Below are positions 41,131 through 56,490 of a stretch of DNA of 64,000 nt, one piece after another. A model generated the notes under the pieces. That model was not told the origin of the DNA, made no database searches, and was given only the letters and a program-made list of their open reading frames with translations. The stretch is from the human T2T-CHM13v2.0 reference genome, Homo sapiens. A program made the translations under genes and the position numbers. Positions within the stretch are counted from its first letter, which is position 1; every line of letters starts with the position of its first letter. The DNA lies in NCBI RefSeq assembly GCF_009914755.1, contig NC_060933.1. One strand, written 5' to 3'.

Positions 41131-44100
41131 CCATTCCATTCCATTCCATTCCATTACATTCCATTCCTTTCCATTCCTTTCTACTCCATTCCACTCGGGT
41201 TGATTCCATTCCATTCCTTTCCATTCCATTCCATTCCCTTCCATTCTACTCGGGTTGATTCAATTCCTTTCCATTCCACTCGATTACATTCCCTTCCATT
41301 CCACTCGGAATGATTCCGTTCCATTCCATTCCCTTCCATTCCCTTCCATTGCATTCCATTCCAATCCATTCCATTCCATTCCATTCCACTCTAATTGATT
41401 CCATTCCATTCCATTCCATTCCATTCCATTCCATTCCATTCCGTTCCATTCCATTCCATTCCATTCGGGTTGATTCTTTTCAATTCCTTCACACTCCATT
41501 CCATTCTATTCATTTCCACACAATTCCTTTCCTTTTCATTCCATTCCATTGCACTCGAGTTGATTCCATTCCATTCCATTCCATTCCATTCTATTCCATT
41601 CCTTTCCATTCCATTCCATTCCATTCCATTCCATTCCATTTCGTTCCATTCCATTCTATTCCATACCATTCCATTCCATTCCTTTCCATTCAATTCCATT
41701 CCATGCCATTTCACTCGCGTTGATTCCATTCCTTTCCATTCCATTGGGGTTGAATCCATTGCATTCCATTCCATTCCATTCGATTCCATTCCATTGCACT
41801 CGGGTTGACTGCATTCCATTCCATTCCATTCCATTCCATTCCATTCCATTCCATTCCTTTTCGCTCCATTCAATTCGGGATGATTCCATTCCATTCCATT
41901 CCATTCCATTCCATTCCATTCCATTCCATTCCATTGCACTCGGGTTGATTCCATTCCTTTCCATTCCACTCGATTACATTCCCTTCCATTCCACTCGGAA
42001 TGATTCCACTCCATTCCATTCCATTGCATTCCATTCCATTCCATTCCATTTCGTTCCATTCCATTCTATTCTGTACCATTCCATTCCATTCCTTTCCATT
42101 CTATTCCATTCCATGCCATTCCACTCGGGTTGATTCCATTCCTTTCCATTCCATTCAGGTTGTATCCATTCCATTCCATTGCATTCCATTCCATTCCATT
42201 GCACTCGGGTTGATTCCTTTCCATTCAATTCAATTCCATTCCATTCCATTCCATTCCATTCCATTCTGATCCATTCCATTCCAATCCATTCCATTCGGGA
42301 CGATCCCATTCCATTCCATTCTATTCAATTCCATTCCATTCCACTCTGTTTGATTCAGTTACATTCCATTCCATTTCACGCGATTTGATTCCATTCCATT
42401 CTATTCCGTTTCATTCCATTCCACCCCATACGATTCCATTCCATTGCATTCCATTCGGGTACATTCCATTCCATTCCATTCCACTCTGGTAGATTCCATT
42501 CCATTCCATTCCATTCCATTGCACTCGAGTTGATTCCATTCCATTCCATTCCATACCATTTTATTCCTTTCCATTCCATTCCACTGCGGTTGATTCCATT
42601 CCATTCCTTTCCATTCCATTCCATTCCCTTCCATTCCACTCGGGTTGATTCCATTCCTTTCCATTCCACTCGATTACATTCCCTTCCATTCCACTCGGAA
42701 TGATTCCATTCCGTTACATTCCATTCCATTGCATTCCATTCCAATCCATTCCATTCCACTCGAGTTGATTCCATTCCTTTCCATTCCATTCCATTCCATT
42801 CCATTCCATTGCTTTCCATTCCATTTCATTCCTTTCCATTCGGGTTGATTCTATTCAATTCCTTTACCCTCTATTCCATTCCATTCCATTCCATTCCATT
42901 CCATTCGGGTTGATTCTATTCAATTCCTTTACACTCTATTCCATTCCATTCCATTCCACAGAATTCCATTCCACTCGATTCCTCTCCAATTGGGTTGAAT
43001 CCATTTCATTCCATTTCGTTCCATTCCATTCTATTCCATACCATTCCATTCCTTTCCATTGCATTCCATTCCATGCCATTCCACTCGGGTTGATTCCATT
43101 CCTCTCCATTCAATTCGGGTTGATTCCATTCCATTCCATTCCATTCCATTCCATTCCATTCCTTTCCCATCCGCTCCGTTCCATTCCATCCCATTCCATT
43201 CGGGTTGATTCTATTCAATTCCTTTACACTCCATTACATTCCTTTGAATTCCACAGAATTCCATTCCTTTCCATTCCATTTCATATGGGTTCAATGCATT
43301 CAATTCCATTTCGTTCCATTCATTTCTATTCTGCAGCATTCCATTCCATTACATTCAATAGCATTGCATTCAATTCCAATCCATTCCTTTCCACTCGAGT
43401 TGATTCCATTCCATTCCATTCCATTCCATTCCTTTCCTTTCCATTCCGTTCCATTCCATTCGGGTTGATTCTATTCAATTCCTTTACACTCTATTCCGTT
43501 CCATTGCATTCCACACAATTCCATTCCATTCCATTCCACTCCAATTGGGTTGTATCCATTTCATTCCATTTCGTTGCATTCCATTCTATTCCGTACCATT
43601 CCATTCCACTCCATTCCATTGCATTCCGTTCCATTCCATTCCATTCGGGTTGATTCTATTCAATTCCTTTACACTCCATTCCATTCCATTCCATTCCACA
43701 CAATTCCATTCCATTCCATTCCACTCCAATTGGGTTGAATCCATTTCATTCCATTTCGTTCCATTGCATTCTATTCCGTACCATTCCATTCCATTCATTT
43801 CCTTGACATTCCATGCCATTCCAATCGTGTTGATTCCATTTAATTCCTTTCTATTCGGGTTGATTCCATTCCATTCCATTCCATTCCATTCCATTCCATT
43901 CCATTCCATTCCCATCCGCTCCGTTCCATTCCATCCCATTCCATTCGGGTTGACTCTATTCAATTCCTTTACACTCCATTCCATTCCATTCCATTCCACA
44001 CAATTCCATTCCATTCCATTCCATTCCAAGTGGGTTGAATGCATTCTTTTCCATTTCGTTCCATTCATTTCTATTCTGTACCATTCCATTCCATTACATT

Positions 44101-45059
44101 CTATTCCATTCCATGCCATTCTACCCGGGTTGATTCCATTCCATTCCATTCCATTCCATTCCATTCCATTCCATTCCACTCGGGTTGATTCCATTCCATT
44201 CCTTTCCATTCCATTGCAATCCATTCCATTCCACTCGGGTTGATTCCATTCCATTCCATTCCATTCCATTCCATTCCATTCCATTCCATTCCATTCCATT
44301 CCATTCCATTCCACCCGACTTGATTCCATTCCATTCCATTCCATTCCATTCCATTCCATTCCGTTCCATTCCATTCCATTCAATTCGGGTTGATTCTATT
44401 CAATTCCTTTACACTCCATTCCATTCTATTGCATTCCACACAATTCCATTCCATTCCATACGATACCATTCCAATTCGGTTGAATCCATTCCATTTCATT
44501 TCTTTCCATTCCATTCTATTCTGTACTGTTCCACTCTTTTCCATTCCATGCCATTCCACTCGGGTTGATTCCATTCCACTCCATTCCATTCGGGTTGATT
44601 ACATTCAATTCCATTCCATTCCATTCCATTGCTCTTGGGTTGATTCCATTCCATTCCATTCCATTCCATTCCATTCCATTCGTTTCCATTCCATTCCACT
44701 CGTGTTGATTCCATTCCACTCCTTTCCATTCCATTCCATTCCCTTCCATTCCACTCGTGTTGATTCCATTTCCATTCCACTCGATTACATTCCCTTCCAT
44801 TCCACTCGGAATGATTCCATTCCATTCCATTCCCTTCCATTCGCTTCCATTTCATTCCATTCCAATTCATTCCATTCCATTCCATTCCATTCCATTCCTC
44901 TCGAGTTGATTTCATTCCATTACATTCCATTCCGTTCCATTCCATTCCATTCCATTCGTGTTGATTCTATTCAATTCCTTTACAATCCATTCCATTCTAT
45001 TCAGTTACACACAATTCCATTCCATTCCATTCCATTCCATTCCATTCCATTCCATTCCA

Positions 45060-48000
45060 TTCCAGCCGAGTTGATTCCATTCCAATCCATTCCATTCCAT
45101 TCCATTCCATTCCATTCATTTACATTCCATTCCACTCTGATTGATTCCATTCTATTATTTTCCATACCATTCCATTCCATTCCATTCCATTCCATTCCAT
45201 TCCATTCATTTCCATTCCATTCCATTCCATTCCATTCCATTCCATTCATTTCCATTCCATTCCACTCTGGTTGATTCCATTCTATTCTTTTCCATACCAA
45301 TCTATTCCCTTCCATTCCACTCGGGTTGATTCCATTCCTTTCCATTCCACTCGAATACATTGCCTTCTATTCCACTCAGAATGAATCCACTCCATTTCAT
45401 TCCAATCCATTCCATTCTATTGCATTCCATTCCATTTCGGTCCATTCCATTCTATTCCATACCATTCCATTCTATTCCATTCCTTTCCATTCTATTCCAT
45501 TCCATGCCATTCCACTCGGGTTGATTCCATTCCTTTCCATTCCATTCGGGTTGAATCCATTCCATTCCATTCCATTCCATTCCATTCCATTCCATTCCAT
45601 TGCTCTCGGGTTGATTCCATTCTATTCCATTCCATTCCATTACATTACATTACATTACACTCCATTACATTCCTCTCCATTCCATTCGGGATGATTCCAT
45701 TCCATTGTATTCCATTCCATTCCATTCCATTCCACTCAGTTTGATTCAGTTCCATTCCATTCCATTCCACGCGATTTGATTCCATTCCTTTTTATTCCGT
45801 TTCATTCCATTCCACACCATACGATTCCATTCCATTCCATTCCATTCGGGTACATTACATTCCATTCCATTCCATTCCATTCCATTCCACTCCATTCCAT
45901 TCCATTCCATTCTGGTTGATTCCATTCCATTCCATTCCATTCCATTCCATTCCCTTCCATTGCACTCGTGTTGATTCCATTCCTTTCCATTCCACTCGGT
46001 TACATTCACTTCCATTCCACTTGGAATGATTCCATTCCATTCCATTGCATTCCATTCCAATCCATTCCATTCCATTCCATTCCACCCGGGTTGATTCCAT
46101 TCCATTCCATTCCATTCCATTCCATTCCATTCCGTTCCGTTCTATTCCATTCCATTCCCCTCGTGTTGATTCCATTCCATTCATTTCCATTCCATTCCAT
46201 TCCCTTCCATTCCACTCGTGTTGATTCCATTTACATTCCACTCGATTACATTCTCTTCCATTCCACTCGGAATGAATCCATTCCATTCCATTCCATTCCA
46301 TTGCATTCCATTCCAATTCATTCCATTCCATACCATTCCACCCGAGTTGATTCCATTCCATTCCATTCCATTCCATTCCGTTCCATTCCATTCCGTTCCG
46401 TTCCACTCCATTCCATTCCATTGGGGTTGATTTTATTCAATTCCTTTACACTCCTTTCCATTCCATTCCATTCCACACAATTCCATTCCATTCCATTCCA
46501 TTCCAATTGGGTTGAATCCATTCCAGTGCATTTCGTTCCATTCCATTCTATTCGGTACCATTCCCTTCCATTCCATTCCATTCCATGCCATTCCACTCGG
46601 GTTGATTCCACTCCATTCCATTCCATTCGGGTTGATTCCATTACATTCCTTTCCATTCCATGCCATTCCACTCGGGTTGATTCCATTCCATTCCATTCCT
46701 TTCCATTCCATTCCATTCCATTCCATTGCACTCGAGTTGATTCTATTCCATTCCATTCCATTCCATTCCATTCCATTCCATTCAATTCCTTTCCATTCCA
46801 TTCCATTTCATTCCATTCCATTCCATTCCACTCGGAATGATTCCATTCTATTCCATTCCATTCCATTCCATTTCGCTCCATTCCATTCCATTCCATTCCA
46901 TTTGGGTTGATTCTATTCAATTCCATTCCATTCCATTCCATTCCATTCCATTCCATTCCATTCCATTCCATTCCTTGCCATTCCACTCGGGTTGACTCCC
47001 TTCCTTTCCATTCCATTCGGGTTGAATCCATTCCATTCCATTCCATTCCATTCCAGTGCACTCGGATTGATTCCATTCCATTACATTGCATTCCATTCCA
47101 TTCCATTCCATTCCACTCCATTCCACTCGGGTTGATTCCATTCCATTCCTTTCCATTCCTTTTCATTCCCTTCCATTCCACTCGTGTTGATTCCATTCCT
47201 TTCCGTTCCACTCGATTACATTCCCTTCCATTCCACTCGGAATGTTTCCATTCCATTCCATTGCATTCCATTCCAATGCATTCAATTCCATTCCATTCTA
47301 TTCGAGGTGATTCCATTCCATTCCATTCCATACCATTCCATTCCATTCCATTCCATTCCATTCCATTCCATTCCGTTCCGTTCCATTCCGTTCCATTCCA
47401 TTCCATTCCATTTGGGTTTATTCTATTCAATTCCTTTACACTCCATTCCATTCCACACAATGCTATTCCATGCCATTCCATTCCAAATGGGTTGAATCCA
47501 TTCCATTCCATTTCGTTCCCTTCCATTTCATTGCATTCCATTCCATGCCATTCCACTCGTGTTGATTCCATTCCATTCCATTCCATTCGTGTTGATTCCA
47601 TTCCATTACATTCCATTCCATTCCATTGCATTGCAGTCGGGTTGATTCCATTCCATTCCATTCCATTCCCTTCCCTTCCACTCGGGTTAATTCAATTCCT
47701 TTCCATTCCACACTATTACATTCCCTTCCATTCCACTCAGAATTATTCCATTCCATTCCGTTCCATTGCATTGCATTACATCCCAATCCATTCCATTCCA
47801 TTCTATTCCATTCCATTTCTCTCGAGTTGATTCCATTCCATTCCATTCCATTCCATTCCATTCCATTCCATTCCATTCCTTTCCATTCCCATCCGCTCCT
47901 TTCCATTCCATCCCATTCCATTCGGGTTGATTCTATTGAATTCCTTTACACTCCATTCCATTCCATTCCATTCCATTCCACACAATTCCATTCCATTCCA

Positions 48001-50610
48001 TTCCATTCCAATCCATTCCAATCGGGTTGAATCCATTCCATTCCATTTCGTTCCATTCCATTCTTTTCCATACCATTTTATTCCATTCCATTCCTTTCAA
48101 TTCCAAGCCATTCCACTCGGGTTCATTCCATTTAATTCCATTTTATTCGGGTTGATTCCATTCCATTCCATTCCATTCCATTCCATTGCACTTAAGTTGA
48201 TTCCATTCCATTCCATTCCATTCCATTCTGTTCCATTCCATTCCACCCGAGTTGATTCCATTCCATTCCATTCCATTCCATTCCATTCCATTCCATTCCA
48301 TTCATTTACATTTCATTCCACTCTGATTGATTCCATTCTATTATTTTCCATACCATTCCATTCCATTCCATTCCATTCCATTCATTTCCATTCCATTCCA
48401 CTCTGGTTTATTCCATTCTATTCTTTTCCATACCATTCTATTCCCTTCCATTCCACTCGGGTTGATTCCATTCCTTTCCATTCCACTCGAATACATTCCC
48501 TTCTATTCCACTCAGAATGAATCCACTCCATTCCATTCCATTCCATTCCATTCCATTCCATTCCATTCCATTCCATTCCATTCCATTCCATTTCGGTCCA
48601 TTCCATTCTATTCCATACCATTCCATTCCATTCCATTCCTTTCCATTCTATTCCATTCCATGCCATTCAACTCGGGTTGATTCCATTCCTTTCCATTCCA
48701 TTCGGGTTGAATCCATTCCATTCCATTCCATTCCATTCCATTCCATTCCATTGCACTCGGGTTGATTCCATTCCATTCCATTCCATTCCACTCCATTCCA
48801 TTCCATTCCATTCCTCTCCATTCCATTCGGGATGATTCCATTCCATTCTATTCCAGTCCATTCCATTCCATATCACTCAGTTTGATTCAGTTCCATTCCA
48901 TTCCATTCCACGCGATTTGATTCCATTCCCTTCTATTCCGTTTCATTCCATTCCACGCCATACGATTCCATTTCATTCCATTCAATTCGGGTACATTCCA
49001 TTCCATTCCATTCCATTCCATTCCATTCCATTCCATTCCATTCCATTCTGGTTGATTCCATTGCATTCCATTCCATTCCATTCCAATCCATTCCATTCCA
49101 TTCCATTCCACCTGGGTTGATTCCATTCTATTCCATTCCATTCCATTCCATTCCATTCCATTCCATTCCGTTCCATTCCATTCCATTCCCCTCGTGTTGA
49201 TTCCATTCCATTCATTTCCATTCCAATCCATTCCCTTCCATTCCACTCGTATTGATTCCATTTATATTCCACTCTATTACATTCCCTTCCATTCCACTCG
49301 GAATGATTCCATTGCATTCCATTCCATTGCATTCCATTGCATTCCATTCCAATTCATTCCATTCCATACCATTCCACCCGAGTTGATTCCATTCCATTCC
49401 ATTCCATTCCATTCCATTCCGTTCCATTCCATTCCGTTCCGTTCCACCCCATTCCATTCCATTCGGGTTGATTTTATTCAATTCCTTTACACTCCTTTCC
49501 ATTCCATTCCATTCCACACAATTCCATTCCATTCCATTCCATTGCAATTGGGTTGAATCCATTCCAGTCGATTTCGTTCCATTCCATTCTATTCGGTACC
49601 ATTCCCTTCCATTCCATTCCATTCCATGCCATTCCACTCGGGTTGATTCCATTCCATTCCATTCCATTCCATTCCATTCCATTCCATTGCTCTCGAGTTG
49701 ATTCCATTCCATTCCATTCCATTCCATTCCATTCCATTCCATTCCATTCCATTCCATTCCATTCCTTTCCATTCCATTATATTCCACTCGGAATGATTCC
49801 ATTCTATTCCATTCCATTCCATTCCATTTCGCTCCATTCCATTCCATTTCATTTGGGTTGATTCTATTCAATTCCATTCCATTCCATTCCATTCCATTGC
49901 ATTCCATTCCATTCCATTATATTCCATTCCTTGCCATTCCACTCGGGTTGACTCCCTTCCTTTCCATTCCATTCGGGTTGAATCCATTCCATTCCATTCC
50001 ATTCCATTCCATTCCATTCCATTCCATTCCTTGCCATTCCATTCCATTGCACTCGGATTGATTCCATTCCATTCCATTGCTTTCCATTCCATTCCATTCC
50101 ATTCCACTCCATTCCACTCGGGTTGATTCCATTCCATTCCTTTCCATTCCTTTTCATTCGCTTCCATTCCACTCGTGTTGATTCCATTCCTTTCCGTTCC
50201 ACTCGATTACATTCCCTTCCATTCCACTCGGAATGTTTCCATTCCATTCCATTGCATTCCATTCCAATTCATTCCATTCCATTCCATTCTATTCGAGGTG
50301 ATTCCATTCCATTCCATTCCATTCCATTCCATTCCATTCCGTTCCGTTCCATTCCGTTCCATTCCATTACCTTCCATTTGGGTTTATTCTATACAATTCC
50401 TTTACACTCCATTCCATTCCACACAATTCTATTCCATGCCATTCCATTCCAAATGGTTTGAATCCATTCCATTCCATTTCGTTCCATTCCATTTCATTGC
50501 ATTCCATTCCATGCCATTCCACTCGTGTTGATTCGATTCCATTCCATTCCATTCGGGTTGATTCCATTCCATTCCATTCCATTCCATTGCAGTCGGGTTG
50601 ATTCCATTGC
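45060..50610 (-). repeat. ~3.0-3.2 kb spaced duplication of a composite block
   Basis: CTCTGATTGATTCCATTCTATTATTTTCCATACC at ~45135/48321; TTGACTCCCTTCC at ~46992/49948; TTCGAGGTGA 47301/50292; TTGCAGTCGGGTTGA 47631/50587. Confidence 0.8.
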
Positions 50611-53089
50611 ATTCCATTCCATTCCATTCCATTCCATTCCATTCCATTCCATTCCATTCTATTCCCTTCCATTCCACTCGGGGTGATTCCATTCCTTTCC
50701 ATTCCACTCGAATACATTCCCTTCTATTGAACTGCGAATGATTCCATTCCATTCCATTCCATTCCATTCCATTACATTACATTACATTTCGTTCCATTCC
50801 ATTCTATTCCGTACCATTCCATTCCATTCCATTCCATTGCATTCCATTCCATTCCATGCCATTCCACTCGTGTTGATTCCATTCCTTTCCACTCCATTCG
50901 GGTTGAATCCATTCCATTCCATTCCATTCCATTCCATTCCATTCAATTCCCCTCTGTTTGATTCAGTTCCATTCCATTCCATTCCATAGGATTTGATTCC
51001 ATTCCATTCTATTGCGTTTCATTCCATTCCACGCCATACGATTCCATTACATTCCATTCCACTCGGGTACAGTCCATTCCATTCCATTCCACTCTATTCC
51101 ATTCCATTCCACTCCATTCCATTCCATTTCATTCCATAATGGTAGATTCCATTCCATTCCATTCCATTCCATTCCATTCCATTCCATTCCATTCCATTCC
51201 ATTATAATAGATTGCACTCGGGTTGATTCCATTCCTTTCCATTCCACTCGATTACATTCCCTTCCATTCCACTCGGAATGATTCCATTCCATTACCTTCC
51301 ATTCCATTGCATTCCATTCCAATCCATTCCATTCCACTCGAGTTGATTCCATTCCATTCCATTCCATTCCATTCCATTCCATTCCTTTCCATTCCATTCC
51401 ATTCCATTCCATTCCATTCGGGTTGATTGTATTCAATTCCTTTACACTCTATTCCATTCCATTCCATTCCACACCATTCCATTCCATTCCATTACACTCC
51501 AATTGAGTTGAATCCATTTCATTCCATTTCGTTCCATTCCATTCTATTCCGTACCTTTCCATTCCATTCATTTCCTTACCATTCCATGCCATTCCAATCG
51601 GGTTGATTCCATTTCATTCCATTCTATTCGGGTTGATTCCATTCCATTCCACTCCATTCCATTCCATTCCATTCCATTCCATTCCATTCCATTCCATTCC
51701 CATCCGCTCCATTCCATTCCATCCCATTCCATTCGGGTTAATTCTATTCAATTCCTTTACACTACATTCCATTCCATTCTATTCCACACAATTCCATTCC
51801 ATTTCTTTCCATTTCATGTGGCTTCAATGCATTCTATTCCATTTCGTTCCATTCATTTCTATTCCGTAGCATTCCATTCCATTACATTCTATTCCATTCC
51901 ATGCCATTCTACTCGGGTTGATTCCATTCCATTCCATTCCATTCCATTCCACTCGGGTTGATTCCATTGCATTCCTTTCCATTAAATTCCATTCCCTTCC
52001 ATTCCACTCGGGTTGATTCCATTCCTTTCCATTCCAATCGATTACATTCCCTTCCTTTCCACTCGGAATGATTTCTTTCCATTCCATTGCATTCCATTCC
52101 AATCCATTCCATACCATTCCATTCCACTCGAGTTGATACCATTCCATTCCATTCCATTGCATTCCATTCCATTCCAATCCTTTCCATTCCATTCTATTCC
52201 ATTCCGATTGTGTTGAATCCATTCCATTCCATTTCGTTCCATTACATTCTATTCCGTACCATTCCGTTCCATTCCATTCCATTCCATTCCATTCCATTCC
52301 ATTCCATGCCATTCCACTCGGGTTGATTCCTTTCCATTCAATTCCATTCGGGTTGATTATATTCCATTCCATTCCATTCCATTCCATTGCACTCGGGTTG
52401 ATTCCATTCCATTCCACTACATTCCATTCCATTCCATTCCATTCCACTCCATTCCATTTGGGATGATTCCAATCCATTCCATTCCATTGCATTCCATTCC
52501 ATTCCTCTCGGGTTGATTCTATTCCATTCCTTTCCATTCCATTCTATTCCCTTCCATTCCACTCGTGTTGATTCCATTCCTTTCCATTCCACTGGATTAC
52601 ATTCCCTTCCATTCCACTCGGAATGATTCCATTCAATTCCATTGCATTCCATTCCAATCCATTCCATTCCATTCCATTCCACTCGAGTTGATTCCATTCC
52701 ATTCCATTCCACTCCATTCCATTCCATTCCATTCCTTTCCATTCCATTACTTTCCATTCTATTCGGGTTGATTCTATTCAATTCCTTTACACTCCATTCC
52801 ATTCCATTCCATTCCACACAATTCCATTTCATTCCATTCCATTCCAATTGTGTTGAATCCATTTCATTCCATTTCGTTCAATTCCATTCTATTCTGTAAC
52901 ATTCAATTCCATTCCTTTCCTTTCCATTCCATGCCATTCCACACGGGTTGATTCCACTTTCATTCCATTCTATTTGGGTTGATTCCATTCCATTCCATTC
53001 CATTCCATTCCATTCCATTCCATTGCAATCGAGTTGATTGCATTCCATTCCATTCCATTGAACTCGAGTTGATTCCATTCCATTCCTTT

Positions 53090-56000
53090 CCATTCCAATC
53101 CAGTCGAGTTGATTCCATTCTATTCTTTTCCATTCCATTCCATTCCCTTCCATTCCACTCGGGGTGATTCCATTCCTTTCCATTCCAATCGAATACATTT
53201 CCTTCTATTCAACTCGGAATGATTGCATTCCATTCCTTTCCATTCCATTCCATTCCATTCCATTCCATTCCATTTCTTTCCATTCCATTGTATTCCGTAC
53301 CATTCCATTCCATTCCATTCCATTGCATTCGATTCCATTCCATACCATTCCACTCGGGTTGATTCCATTCCTTTCCACTCCATTCGGTTTCAATCCATTC
53401 CATTCCATTCCATTCTATTCCATTCCATTCAGTTGCACTCTGGTTGATTCCATTCCATTCCATTCCGTTCCATTCCATTCCATTCCATTCCATTCCATTG
53501 CACTCGGGTTGATTCCATTCCATTCCACTACATTCCATTCCATTCCATTCCATTCCACTCCATTCCATTCGGGGTGATTCCATTCCATTCCATTGCATTC
53601 CACTCTGTTTGATTCAGTTCCATTCCATTCCATTCCACGCGATTTGATTCCATTCCATTCTATTCCGTTTCGTTGCATTCCACGCCATACGATTCCATTA
53701 CATTCCATTCCACTCGGGTACATTCCATTCCATTCCATGCCATTCCATTCCATTCCATTCCATTCTGGTAGTTTCCATTCCATTCCATTCCATTGCATTC
53801 CATTCCATTGCACTCGGGTTGATTCCATTCCATTCCATTCCACTCGATTACATTCCCTTCCCTTCCACTTGGAATGATTCCATTCCATTACATTACATTC
53901 CTTTGCATTCCATTCCAATCCATTTCATTCCAATCGAGTTGATTCCATTCCATTCCATTCCATTACATTCCATTCCAATCCATTCCTTTCCATTCCATTC
54001 CATTCGGGTTGATTCTATTCAATTCCTTTACATTCTATTCCGTTCCATTCCATTCCACACAATTCCATTTCATTCCATTCCACTCCAATTGGGTTGAATC
54101 CATTTCATTCCATTTCGTTCCATTCCATTCTATTCCGTACCATTCCATTCCATTCCATTCCATTCCATTCCATTCCATTCCATTCCATTCGGGTTGATTC
54201 TATTCAATTCCTTTACACTGCATTCCATTCCATTCCGTTCCTCACAATTCCATTCCATTCCATTCCATTCCAATTGGGTTGAATCCATTCCGTTCCACTT
54301 CGTTCCACTGCATTCTATTCCGTACCATTCCATTCCATTCCATTCCTTTCCATTCCACTTGGGTTGATTCCATTCCATTCCACTCCATTCCAATCCGTTC
54401 CATTTGAGTCGTGTTGATTCGATTCCATTGCATTCCATTCTATTCCATTCCATTTCATTTCGTTTATTCCATTCCGTTCCATTCCATTGCATTCCACTAG
54501 CGTTGATTCCATACAATTCCATTCCATTCCATTCCATTCCGTTCCATTCCACTAGTGTTGATTCCTTTCCATTCCATTCCATTTCATTCCCTTCCATTCC
54601 ATTCAAGTTGATTCCATTCCATTCAATTCCATTCCATTCAATTTCATTCCATTCCAATTCACGCGAGTTGATTCCATGCCATTCCATTGCTTTCCATTCC
54701 AATGCAGTCGAGTTGATTCCATTCTATTCTTTTCCATTCCATTCCATTCCCTTCCATTCCGCTCGGGGAGATTCCATTCCTTTCCATTCCACTCGAATAC
54801 ATTTCCTTCTATTCAACTCGGAAAGATTGCATTCCATTCCTTTCCATTCCATTCCATTCCATTCCATTCCATTCCATTCCATTCCATTTCTTTCCATTCC
54901 ATTGTATTCCGTACCATTCCATTCCATTCCATTCCATTCCATTGCATTCCATTCCATTCCATACCATTCCACTCGGGTTGATTCCATTCCTTTCCACTCC
55001 ATTCGGTTTCAATCCATTCCATTCCATTCCATTCTATTCCATTCCATTCAGTTGCACTCTGGTTGATTCCATTCCATTCCATTCCATTTCATTCCGTTCC
55101 ATTCCATTCCATTCCATTCCATTCCATTGCACTCGGGTTGATTCCATTCCATTCCACTACATTCCATTCCATTCCATTCCATTCCACTCCATTCCATTCG
55201 GGGTGATTCCATTCCATTCCATTGCATTCCACTCTGTTTGATTCAGTTCCATTCCATTCCATTCCACGCGATTTGATTCCATTCCATTCTATTCCGTTTC
55301 GTTGCATTCCACGCCAAACGATTCCATTACATTACATTCCACTCGGGTACATTCCATTCCATTCCATGCCATTCCATTCCATTCCATTCCATTCTGGTAG
55401 TTTCCATTCCATTCCATTCCATTGCATTCCATTCCATTGCACTCGGGTTGATTCCATTCCATTCCATTCCACTCGATTACATTCCCTTCCCTTCCACTTG
55501 GAATGGTTCCATTCCATTACATTACATTCCTTTGCATTCCATTCCAATCCATTCCGTTCCACTCGAGTTGATTCCATTCCATTCCATTCCATTCCATTCC
55601 ATTCCATTCCATTCCATTCCATTCCATTCCTTTCCATTCCATTCCATTCGGGTTGATTCTATTCAATTCCTTTACATTATATTCCGTTCCATTCCATTCC
55701 ACACAATTCCATTTCATTCCATTCCACTCCAATTGGGTTGAATCCATTTCATTCCATTTCGTTCCATTCCATTCTATTCCGTACAATTCCATTCCATTCC
55801 ATTCCATTCCATTCCATTCGGGTTGATTCTATTCAATTCCTTTACACTCCATTCCATTCCATTCCGTTCCTCACAATTCCATTCCATTCCATTCCATTCC
55901 AATTGGGTTGAATCCATTCCGTTCCACGTCGTTCCACTGCATTCTATTCACTACCATTCCATTCCATTCCATTCCTTTCCATTCCACTTGGGTTGATTCC

Positions 56001-56490
56001 ATTCCATTCCACTCCATTCCATTCCGTTCCATTTGAGTCGTGTTGATTCAATTCCATTGCATTCTATTCTATTCCATTCCATTTCATTCGATTCCATTGC
56101 ATGCGTGTTGATCCATTCAATTCCATTCCACCCCGTTCCACTCCATTCCATTCCACTCCATTCCATTCCATTCCATTCCCATCCATTCCATTCCATTCCA
56201 TTCCATTCCATTCCATTCCATTCCATTCCATTCATGTTGATTCCATTCCATTTCATTTCGTTTATTCCATTCCGTTCCATTCCATTGCATTCCACTAGCG
56301 TTGATTCCATACAATTCCATTCCATTCCATTCCATTCCGTTCCATTCCACTAGTGTTGATTCCTTTCCATTCCATTCCATTTCATTCCCTTCCATTCCAT
56401 TCAAGTTGATTCCATTCCATTCAATTCCATTCCATTCAATTTCATTCCATTCCAATTCACGCGAGTTGATTCCATGCCATTCCATTCCAT
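53090..56490 (-). repeat. ~1.6-1.8 kb tandem duplication
   Basis: CAGTCGAGTTGATTCC 53101/54705; CATTCGGTTTCAATCC 53381/55000; CATTTGAGTCGTGTTGA 54401/56030; ACGCGAGTTGATTCCATGCC 54661/56459. Confidence 0.88.
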
